DNA of 32,000 nucleotides from assembly GCA_038746145.1 (NCBI GenBank), contig JBCDKW010000005.1, positions 77,032 through 109,031 of the forward strand, read 5' to 3'. This DNA comes from Pseudomonadota bacterium. GTDB taxonomy: Bacteria > Pseudomonadota > Alphaproteobacteria > Caulobacterales > Hyphomonadaceae. The stretch's first letter is position 1. Every line of letters begins with the position of its first letter. The notes under the pieces are model-generated. The model searched no databases and was not told where the DNA came from. It was given only the letters and a program-made list of their open reading frames with translations. Shown one piece after another: positions 17,238-24,951 of the stretch. The position numbers and the translations under genes are program-made.

Positions 17238-18139
17238 TAAAAATACCCCTCTTGTTTTTTCTTCTCCATTGAAGCGGCCTGGTCGCGGTCAATGACGCGG
17301 CCCTCGCGCTCGGAGCTGGTGGCGAGGAGCATTTCCTTAATGATCTCATCTAGCGTATCCGCTTCGCTTTCCACCGCGCCGGTCAGCGGGTAGCAGCCCA
17401 GCGTCCGGAAGCGGACTTTTTTCATGACAGCGGTCTTGCGCAGATCTTCTGGAACGCGGTCATCATCCACCATAATTTCCGTGCCCTCCCAGTTCACGAC
17501 AGGACGCTCAGCGGCGTAGTAAAGCGGGACAATCTCAATTTTCTCGCGGCGAATGTACTGCCAGATATCCAGTTCGGTCCAATTTGACAGCGGGAACGCG
17601 CGAACACTCTCACCCGGTGCGAGGCGGGCATTGTAGAGGTCCCAAAGTTCGGGGCGCTGATTCTTTGGGTCCCAGCGATGTTCAGCGGTACGGAATGAGA
17701 AGATCCGTTCTTTGGCCCGGGACTTTTCCTCATCGCGGCGCGCACCCCCGAGGGCAGCGTCAAACTTATACTTGGTTAGTGCTGCTTTCAGCGCTGAGGT
17801 TTTCATAATGTCGGTATGAAGCGCAGACCCGTGCGTGAAAGGGCCGACACCGTCTTTTATGCCATCCTCATTTGTATGGACGATGAGATCGAGACCAAGC
17901 TCTTTGGCTTTGCGGTCTCGAAAAGCGATCATTTCGCGGAACTTCCAAGTCGTATCGACGTGCATGAGCGGGAAAGGTGGCACACCCGGATAAAAGGCTT
18001 TCATCGCAAGGTGCAGCATGACCGCGCTGTCCTTGCCGACGGAATAAAGCATTACCGGATTTTCAGTGGCTGCGGCGACTTCACGGATGATGTGAATGCT
18101 TTCCGCTTCTAGTCGATCTAAGTGTGTAAGAGAGGTCAC
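17237..18139 (-). CDS. cysD: Sulfate adenylyltransferase subunit 2
   Basis: [20 protein letters not shown]...MLYSVGKDS (PAPS-reductase-like PP-loop), 300 aa, GTG start. The present stop TAG is built from the TA duplication plus the first base of the MITE. Confidence 0.95.
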   Translation of the reverse strand: MTSLTHLDRLEAESIHIIREVAAATENPVMLYSVGKDSAVMLHLAMKAFYPGVPPFPLMHVDTTWKFREMIAFRDRKAKELGLDLIVHTNEDGIKDGVGPFTHGSALHTDIMKTSALKAALTKYKFDAALGGARRDEEKSRAKERIFSFRTAEHRWDPKNQRPELWDLYNARLAPGESVRAFPLSNWTELDIWQYIRREKIEIVPLYYAAERPVVNWEGTEIMVDDDRVPEDLRKTAVMKKVRFRTLGCYPLTGAVESEADTLDEIIKEMLLATSSEREGRVIDRDQAASMEKKKQEGYF

Positions 18140-18313
18140 GCTTGGGAAGGTCCATAAAGAGGTTTTCAGAAGCCCTTCCTATAAACAGTATGCTATATGG
18201 ATCAACACTTTAGCAGCGATGTTTGAGGCTCTATGCGCATAGATTTTAACATTTGGGCACATTGTCGACGGCTATTGAGGGAGACCTCGCCGGATCAATC
18301 CAAATCTGAGGGC

Positions 18314-18565
18314 TTAGCCATTGCGCAATTTGGGTAGTGGAATGTCCACTTCAGCACGCTGATCTTCCCTGATAAGCGCACGTTCCATTTGGATACAAGA
18401 GGCCTTTAGGGCGCTGAGCGAGTGCTGCAGATCCTCGACGAGTAATGGAAATTCGGTTGCCTCGAACGAGCTTGGGTCGCTTGCTATCCGACCTGTGTCG
18501 AAGGCGGCCAGCGTTTTTAGCGCATGTTCCATCATCAGGTGTGACTCGCGCCAATGTCTTTTCAT
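18314..18565 (-). CDS. Hypothetical 83-aa protein
   Basis: An ATG-initiated ORF with no recognisable motif. A perfect CtrA box lies 46-60 bp upstream. Coding status is unverified. Confidence 0.4.
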   Translation of the reverse strand: MKRHWRESHLMMEHALKTLAAFDTGRIASDPSSFEATEFPLLVEDLQHSLSALKASCIQMERALIREDQRAEVDIPLPKLRNG

Positions 18566-18611
18566 GGTTGTATCCCGTTCTCTTATTACGGGAATTATTG
18601 CAATATCTCTA

Positions 18612-18626
18612 TTAAATCAACATTAA
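18612..18626. promoter_or_regulatory. Perfect CtrA box TTAA-N7-TTAA
   Basis: TTAAATCAACATTAA overlaps the thioesterase stop codon and lies upstream of the 83-aa ORF. Confidence 0.35.
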
Positions 18627-19165
18627 GTTGAATTTTTTTGATCTGCTTTTCCGTCAAGAATATCCTGACGCAATTCAATGAAGGTTTTCGTCAGAGGTGG
18701 AGATGTTGTGTCATGGCCAACCGTCTCAAGAACCATTGCCGGATTGACGTAGGAGCGATTTGTCGCCGCGAACTTTGCCAAAACGTTCACAGTCGCATGT
18801 GTGCGGCCATTCAGGATGAAATTGTGCTGTAGGCAAACATAAGTGTCATCCCAGCAAGTGACCTGTGTGTTCAGGTCAAAGCCCTGTGGAAATTTCAGCA
18901 TCTTAGAGATCACGACTTTCTCTGAGAGAATGACGGGAATCCAGCCTCTTTTTCGCATCGTGCCCCAGCAGCCTGAGCGAATGATGAAATTGATCGTTCC
19001 AAGGTCGCTGAAAGAGAAATAGCGGCTGTTCGTGAGGTGCGCGAACATATCCTGATCTGTCAGCCAGACACTGAACTTCAGCTTGTACAGATCTGTGATC
19101 TTACCGTCTTTCTTAGAGAAGATGGCATTCAGAAAAACGCGGAGCAGGCGGAAAAACAGGTTCAC
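18623..19165 (-). CDS. Hotdog-fold acyl-CoA thioesterase-like protein (4HBT_2-like)
   Basis: The pattern WLTDQDMFAHLTNSRYFSFSDLGTINFIIRSG...MRKRGWIPVILSEKVVISKMLKFPQGF...WDDTYVCLQHNF matches thioesterase-family proteins (..D.D...H.NN.RY....DLGR......G......GW.PV......F...L..F). GTG start with an AGGGAG SD, 12 nt after the upstream stop. Confidence 0.65.
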   Translation of the reverse strand: MNLFFRLLRVFLNAIFSKKDGKITDLYKLKFSVWLTDQDMFAHLTNSRYFSFSDLGTINFIIRSGCWGTMRKRGWIPVILSEKVVISKMLKFPQGFDLNTQVTCWDDTYVCLQHNFILNGRTHATVNVLAKFAATNRSYVNPAMVLETVGHDTTSPPLTKTFIELRQDILDGKADQKNST

Positions 19166-19177
19166 TTTGGCACTCCC

Positions 19178-20518
19178 TTATGAGGTGAGTATGTGGGCCT
19201 GCATATCCCGCGCCAGTTGAACATTAAAGTTTGTGATGTGCGAAACAGCCTCATAAGAAAACGTTGCGCCCGTATACCAAGTCCGGTTTTTGCCTTGCAT
19301 CGTTTTTAATCTGCTAAGCAGCCCGTTTCTGATTGCGTCGAAATCGTAGAAAGGGTGATACTTCCACATCTTTTGCAGGATAATATTTGTCACTTCAGCC
19401 CCCTGTCTGCCGACATCATTACGCAAAATTTCTTTCAGTTCGTCGCCACTAAAATCACCGGATAATTGGCCGGATAGGTAAACGTCACCGCCTAAGTCCG
19501 GCTCGTGTCCATCATGCCTTGCGGAAAGAAGCTGCCCAAGATCTGCGCCCGGCACAACAGCCTCCTTATAGCTTTCCGTGTCCACGTCAGTGAACCAATT
19601 GTCGGCTGTGAAAAGTGTTGTCGTGTAGCCGTTCCAGCGGATGGAATCGATCACGAAAGCTTCGTCATCATTCGGAGTGAGGAGTTTTCCGAAGTCATCC
19701 AGCGGTATGGCACAGACAAGCTGATCGAACTCGTAATCCTCCGATCCGTTGATCACGACTTTGATTGTATCGCCGCCGCGATCAATTTCGGTGACTCTTG
19801 CGTTCAGGTGCAGATCGAAATCTGCGGCGACTTTGTTCCAGAATTTCGCCCAACCGATTTCAGGCATCTTCAGCTGTTTCAAGAGCCCCGTGAACAGCAG
19901 GTTCATGTCATTCCAGTTTAGAGCCTGTACGGTCGAGGCTTCGTTCACAAACCCGTAGGCAATATTCGTCGTTGAGCGATGCATAAAATGCTCGATTTTT
20001 CCGAGACGGCGTTCTGCAAGCCAATCACCAATCGGCATGGCAGCCTGTTCGAGGGCCCATTTTGGGGGTTCGGGCGCTTCAAGCGCTTTCTGAAGCTTCG
20101 CTTTATCTGTCCAATACCGATAGAGCTGACTGATCAGATTGGGCCCGGGTCCTTTGCGGATGTAGCGGGTAAATTTGTCGCCTGCAAAACGCTGTTCTTT
20201 CAGGCCGACCATTTTGAGGCCGAACTCTTTCATCCAACGGTTCGTGACCTTGTGTGAAAGGGTCGCGTAGCAGGTCCCCATTTCGACGACTGTATCACCA
20301 TGAATGTATGTAAAAGATTTCCCGCCGACCTGCGGTAGCGCTTCAAAAACAGTAATGGATGAGAATCCTTGCTCTTTAAGCAAGCGCGCAAGACTTAACC
20401 CAGCAGGCCCACCACCAATAATTGCGATTCTATTTTGCTTATCTTGTGTAGGTTGAGTTGCCGTCAAAGCATTCCCACCGGGCGCATTGTAATCACCGTT
20501 ATTCGTGAACTTCATCAT
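19178..20518 (-). CDS. NAD(P)/FAD-dependent oxidoreductase (amine-oxidase / protoporphyrinogen-oxidase-like fold)
   Basis: Dinucleotide-binding RIAIIGGGPAGLSLARLLKEQGF..ITVFEA.PQVGGKS followed by VVEMGTCY. 446 aa. The substrate cannot be inferred. Confidence 0.8.
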   Translation of the reverse strand: MMKFTNNGDYNAPGGNALTATQPTQDKQNRIAIIGGGPAGLSLARLLKEQGFSSITVFEALPQVGGKSFTYIHGDTVVEMGTCYATLSHKVTNRWMKEFGLKMVGLKEQRFAGDKFTRYIRKGPGPNLISQLYRYWTDKAKLQKALEAPEPPKWALEQAAMPIGDWLAERRLGKIEHFMHRSTTNIAYGFVNEASTVQALNWNDMNLLFTGLLKQLKMPEIGWAKFWNKVAADFDLHLNARVTEIDRGGDTIKVVINGSEDYEFDQLVCAIPLDDFGKLLTPNDDEAFVIDSIRWNGYTTTLFTADNWFTDVDTESYKEAVVPGADLGQLLSARHDGHEPDLGGDVYLSGQLSGDFSGDELKEILRNDVGRQGAEVTNIILQKMWKYHPFYDFDAIRNGLLSRLKTMQGKNRTWYTGATFSYEAVSHITNFNVQLARDMQAHILTS

Positions 20519-20618
20519 GCAGTCTCTATAGCAAATATTCCGAAATTGTTACCATGGAAAATGCAATTAGAACGCCAGTTTTGGCTGTTATTAAGCCTAT
20601 TGTGGCACGACGTTATAA

Positions 20619-22340
20619 ATGAGTGCTGTCCGTGATCCATCTGCAACAGTTTTTGCATTATTCGCGCCTTTTCCAAAGGCACAGAATGGGCTGCAGGCGG
20701 ATATTTACCTGAGACAACAGATCCTTCTGACAAAACAGCAACTTCAGATGGGTCTGATCAATACTTTGGCTGCACTACTGGTGGGTGTGACGGCGTGGGG
20801 ATTTACGTCCAATTATACGGTCGGCGGCTGGACAGCTTTGGTCGCTTTTATCGGGATATTTCAGGTCTACGCATCGTGGCGCATGAGAAACAGCCCTGAG
20901 CCAACATCTGTATCGGGTAATTACCTGAAGAAGGCTGAATATGCATCGGTTATTGCTGGAATGCTCTGGGGATCTACAGGCTGGTTGTTCGGTTACGCCT
21001 CTGATGATGCTAATTTAAGTTTGTTCCTCTTCGTGATGCATGCGGGGATGTCGGCCGGTGTTGCCAGCATTATCACGCCTCTGCCGAGACATGTGATCAG
21101 GTTTGCAATCCCGTGCCTGCTGGCGCCTATGCTGGCGGTTTTCACTTATAGTGGCGATTTTGCATTACCAGTTACGATTATGAGCGTTCTGCTCCTGATG
21201 GCGCTAACCAATAGTAGCATTATGAGTTATCGTCAGTTCAAAGCCTCTATTGCAAGGGCTTACGAAACGACGGAAGCAAAGAATAATCTCTCTAATGCGA
21301 TCAATGCTTCGAACGATGCGTTTGCTTTGTACGGTCGTGACGGGGAGCTTGTCCTTGCCAATAAGCGCCACCAGGGTTCCTTCTCTGCAGACTTGAAGCG
21401 GGAGTTTTTCGGATCTGTCACTGATGTGGCCCGCACAGTTCGCCATAAGGATTTATGGCTGCTCAGATCTGTCAGAGATGTTGAGTCTGGCGGAACGGTC
21501 ATCGTGCACACGGATGTCAGCGCTATGAAACTGCGTGAGCGCGAATTGGTTGAAGCGCGCCGTGAAGCGGAGGAAGCCGATCAGGCAAAGGGACGGTTCT
21601 TGTCGACGATGAGCCACGAACTCAGACAGCCGCTCCACGTGATTATTGGGAATTCAACCCTGATGTCGACGGGGTCTCTGGTTGAGTTGGAACCGAATGA
21701 AGTTCAGGAATATGCTGATGACATTCATGCAAATGGGCAGCATTTGCTCCGGCTGATTGACGACATCATCGACTACTCGAAAGTCGGTCTTGGACGATTT
21801 ATGCTCAATCCTGCCCGAATTGATTTCCGGTCCATGATTGCGAAGTCTGTTTCACTTGCAGCGAATTTTGAAGGTATTTCAGACTTGTCCGCTCTTGACG
21901 TAAGCGTCAGTTCGAATCTGAGAGATCTCTATATTGATGAGTTTGTGGCGCAGCGCATTCTGATATCGCTACTCTCCAATGCATTCCGCCATGCGGGAGA
22001 CGACCCGCGTCTTGTGATCAAAGGACGTCTCGATGGCAAAGGGCGGCCTTACATTTCGATTCGGGACTTTGGACCGGGTCTTTCCGATGATGATCTGGAG
22101 CGGGTCTTTGAGCCGTTCTATCAAAAGGACAACTCTCTGAGCCGCGAAACCAGCGGGGCAGGGCTTGGTTTGACGCTGTGTCGTCATCTGGCGCGTCTTC
22201 AGGATGGCGATGTGATTTTGAAAAGTCGTCTCGGAGCCGGGACAAGTGCAACGCTGATCTTCCCCACTGGCAGTTATATCGCACCGGATGCCTACGGCGT
22301 AGCCGATCAAGACGCTGAAACGATAGCAGAGACGGCCTAA
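20619..22340 (+). CDS. Membrane sensor histidine kinase (6 TM, PAS-like, HisKA, HATPase_c), no cognate regulator adjacent
   Basis: Six N-terminal hydrophobic helices. H-box FLSTMSHELRQPLH, N-box LLSNAFRHAG, G1 IRDFGPGL and G2 GAGLGLTLCRHLA. Confidence 0.9.
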   Translation: MSAVRDPSATVFALFAPFPKAQNGLQADIYLRQQILLTKQQLQMGLINTLAALLVGVTAWGFTSNYTVGGWTALVAFIGIFQVYASWRMRNSPEPTSVSGNYLKKAEYASVIAGMLWGSTGWLFGYASDDANLSLFLFVMHAGMSAGVASIITPLPRHVIRFAIPCLLAPMLAVFTYSGDFALPVTIMSVLLLMALTNSSIMSYRQFKASIARAYETTEAKNNLSNAINASNDAFALYGRDGELVLANKRHQGSFSADLKREFFGSVTDVARTVRHKDLWLLRSVRDVESGGTVIVHTDVSAMKLRERELVEARREAEEADQAKGRFLSTMSHELRQPLHVIIGNSTLMSTGSLVELEPNEVQEYADDIHANGQHLLRLIDDIIDYSKVGLGRFMLNPARIDFRSMIAKSVSLAANFEGISDLSALDVSVSSNLRDLYIDEFVAQRILISLLSNAFRHAGDDPRLVIKGRLDGKGRPYISIRDFGPGLSDDDLERVFEPFYQKDNSLSRETSGAGLGLTLCRHLARLQDGDVILKSRLGAGTSATLIFPTGSYIAPDAYGVADQDAETIAETA

Positions 22341-23119
22341 GCCCAGAGTTTGTCGAGTTCGGCCGCGATCGCGAAGCTGCGTTTGGCGGCAGTCCCTTTA
22401 ATTCGTAATCCGATCATGGCGGATCCTTCCAGCGCTGAAGGATCCTGTGAGCGCCGTGCCCAGCGTGAGCCGGCGACGAAGCCTTCGTCCAGGTCGGATA
22501 GGAATGCACCGAATTCATCTTCGCGGCCATTTGCGAAGAGCGGGAGCCAGACTAGAAAGCGGGCTTTCGGCCATTTGGTCATGGCGCGGGGCACCCAATT
22601 TGCCAGCGCATCCATATCGGCGTCTGTCTCATAGCTTGGATCGAGCATGATGAGCATGTCTTCGCCGCGGCGCGGTTGCAGTCGAAGGGCGCCGCGATAG
22701 CCGTCTTCCTTGCGGATAATGGTGCGGGGGTCTTTGCGAAGGGCCTGCTCTAGTGCGGCATGCTCGGTCGGGTGTTTTTCGAACAGCGCGATGCGGGCGT
22801 TTGGTCCGAGGAGTTGTGCGGCGAGACCGGGCGAGCCAGGATAGGAGCCCGGTCCTTTGGCTTGCACATGAGCAAGCCACGGCTGAAGCGCGCGGGCCGC
22901 ATTCGCCGCCTTTGGCATCGCGAGAACGCCAAGCTTTGCTTCGCCGGTCTTTTGCGCCTTATCGCCTGTTAGATCATAGAAGCCGCGTCCCGAATGGGTT
23001 TCGACGTAGAGGAGTGGGCGGTTTGATTTCGCTTCCTCCTCCAGCACGGCATGCAGGACAGCATGCTTGAGCACATCGGCGCGGTTTCCTGCGTGATAGC
23101 CGTGCTGGTAGGAGAGCAT
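22337..23119 (-). CDS. rlmJ: 23S rRNA (adenine2030-N6)-methyltransferase RlmJ
   Basis: N-terminus MLSYQHGYHAGNRADVLKHAVL matches E. coli RlmJ MLSYRHSFHAGNHADVLKH. It also has YPGSP and the DPSYE (DPPY-like) motif. Confidence 0.9.
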   Translation of the reverse strand: MLSYQHGYHAGNRADVLKHAVLHAVLEEEAKSNRPLLYVETHSGRGFYDLTGDKAQKTGEAKLGVLAMPKAANAARALQPWLAHVQAKGPGSYPGSPGLAAQLLGPNARIALFEKHPTEHAALEQALRKDPRTIIRKEDGYRGALRLQPRRGEDMLIMLDPSYETDADMDALANWVPRAMTKWPKARFLVWLPLFANGREDEFGAFLSDLDEGFVAGSRWARRSQDPSALEGSAMIGLRIKGTAAKRSFAIAAELDKLWA

Positions 23120-23122
23120 GAT

Positions 23123-24877
23123 TTAGCTTTCGCGGTCTGCCAATGAGGCCTTGCGGATCGCCTCAAACTCATTTCCCGGATACCAAGTCGGCCAGTCGGT
23201 CGAGTTGATGATCCCGAGACCAAGTTCATAAAGCACGGTGACGTCTTCTTCAAAGCCGGACATGTCCCAGCTGTCTGAATACTCGTCCATCGGCTTATGA
23301 TAGCGCTGGGCCGTGTACACCTCAGCGAAGGCGCGGCCTGTAGCGACACCGCCATCCAATTTGTCAAAGCCGCCATCGGCATAGAGCATCGGCACGCCTT
23401 TTTTCGCAAAAGAGACGTGATCGGAGCGGTAGAAGAAACCGGCCTGCGGGTTTGGATCCGGCACGATAACGCGACCGTCTTCATCGAGGATGGTTTTCAG
23501 GCGATCCTCAAGTTCAGACGCGCCATAACCGACGACAACCATATCTTTCGTGCGTCCAATCGGGAGCATACCGTCCATGTTTAGACCAGCGACAATCTGG
23601 TTCAAAGGGACGGTTGGATTTTCGGCAAAGTAGGCCGAGCCGAGCAAGCCGCTTTCCTCAAGTGTGACAGCGAGGAAGAGGGCGGATCGTTCAAGCTCTT
23701 GGGCCGCCATCGCTTCGGCAATTTCGATCAGCGCTGTTGTGCCCGTGGCATTATCGACCGCACCGTTGAAGATGTTGTCGCGGTAGAAGTCCTGGGTCGG
23801 TTCACCCGCTTTTTCTTCGGATTTCTTGCCCAGATGGTCCCAGTGCGCTGTGAACAGGACGTGCTCATCCGGTGCGGTTTTGCCCGGAAGGATACCGACG
23901 ACATTGCGCGATGTCGTGGTCGAGACGCTTTGGGTGATGTTTCCGCTGGCGGTCAGCTCGCCCATGTCGACGGGCGTGAAGCCTTGAGTCTTCGCGGCGG
24001 TTTTCATCTCTTCGAAGTCGAGGCCTGCCTCCGCGAACAGGGAGCGTGCAGTTTCGACGGTGATCCAGCTCTCGAACGCGGTGCGGCTGTCACCGCCATC
24101 GCTGCGGACCAGATCGGCTTGCGCGCCGGACCATGAGTTGGCGACCACGTCCCAGCCGTATGAGGCAGGCGCGGTTTCGTGGACCACTATGGCGCCTGTT
24201 GCACCTTGGCGGGCGGCTTCCTCAAACTTATAGGTCCAGCGACCGTAATACGTCATCGCCTTGCCCTTGAAGAGGTCTCCTTCAAGCGCGTAACCCGGAT
24301 CATTGACCAGCATGACCACGGTTTTGCCTTTGGCGTCGAGGCCAGCATAGTCGTTCCAACCGAACTCCGGCGCGACGACCCCGTATCCGACAAAGACAAG
24401 CTCGCTATCGGCCCAATCGAGTTCGTTGACGCTTTGGCGTTTGGTCCAGAGGACGGCGTCTTCTTTCAGCGTCATGGGATAGTCATCGCCGGAACGGCCA
24501 CCCGCGAAAGACAGGCTGGACTTGGCTTCATCAAGGCTTTGTTCGACCATGCCGACGGTTTGGAAATAGGTGCCGTTTTCGCCGCCGGGTTGGACGCCGA
24601 TGCGGGCGAATTCCTGTGCCAGCCAGTCTGCGGAGAGCTCGCCAACTGGTGAGCCGGGTCCGCGGCCTTCGAAGGCATCATCGGACAGCGTTTTGATGCG
24701 CTTCGCCATGTCCTTTGCGGTGATGGCTGCGGTGGTGTCGCTCGGCAGAGGTAGCGGTAGCATGACGGTTTCTGTGGCTGCGGTCGTGCTAGTTTCTGTC
24801 GTGTCGGTGGGTGGCGTGTCGCTGGAACACGCTGCCAATAAAGCGAGCGCGCACGCGGCGAGGGTCATGCGGGGCAT
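23123..24877 (-). CDS. M28-family metallopeptidase lipoprotein with PA domain
   Basis: Lipobox LALLAAC after the Met at 24877 (AGGAG SD 10 nt upstream). It has the M28 Zn-ligand context HWDHLG, AVDNATG and LEESGLLGS, with a PA-domain insert (GKTVVMLVND). Confidence 0.85.
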   Translation of the reverse strand: MPRMTLAACALALLAACSSDTPPTDTTETSTTAATETVMLPLPLPSDTTAAITAKDMAKRIKTLSDDAFEGRGPGSPVGELSADWLAQEFARIGVQPGGENGTYFQTVGMVEQSLDEAKSSLSFAGGRSGDDYPMTLKEDAVLWTKRQSVNELDWADSELVFVGYGVVAPEFGWNDYAGLDAKGKTVVMLVNDPGYALEGDLFKGKAMTYYGRWTYKFEEAARQGATGAIVVHETAPASYGWDVVANSWSGAQADLVRSDGGDSRTAFESWITVETARSLFAEAGLDFEEMKTAAKTQGFTPVDMGELTASGNITQSVSTTTSRNVVGILPGKTAPDEHVLFTAHWDHLGKKSEEKAGEPTQDFYRDNIFNGAVDNATGTTALIEIAEAMAAQELERSALFLAVTLEESGLLGSAYFAENPTVPLNQIVAGLNMDGMLPIGRTKDMVVVGYGASELEDRLKTILDEDGRVIVPDPNPQAGFFYRSDHVSFAKKGVPMLYADGGFDKLDGGVATGRAFAEVYTAQRYHKPMDEYSDSWDMSGFEEDVTVLYELGLGIINSTDWPTWYPGNEFEAIRKASLADRES

Positions 24878-24951
24878 GGTGTGACTTCTCCTGTCAAATG
24901 TCTCCGTGTGCTGTGTGACACAGGCCGGATTAGGCGACAAGAATGGGGGTG

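Noticed and set aside
16960-17349. 129-aa minus-strand ORF from the six-frame track
   Set aside because: It starts inside the 3' end of cysD in another frame and runs through the MITE. It is arginine/serine-rich and low-complexity, with no RBS at its start. I treat it as a by-product of the element insertion. Only its distal 79-codon part is discussed as a possible coupling ORF.
20603-20618. Sigma-54-like TGGCAC upstream of the histidine kinase
   Set aside because: The -12 element would read TATA instead of TTGC. The motif also abuts the ATG, leaving no room for a leader or SD.
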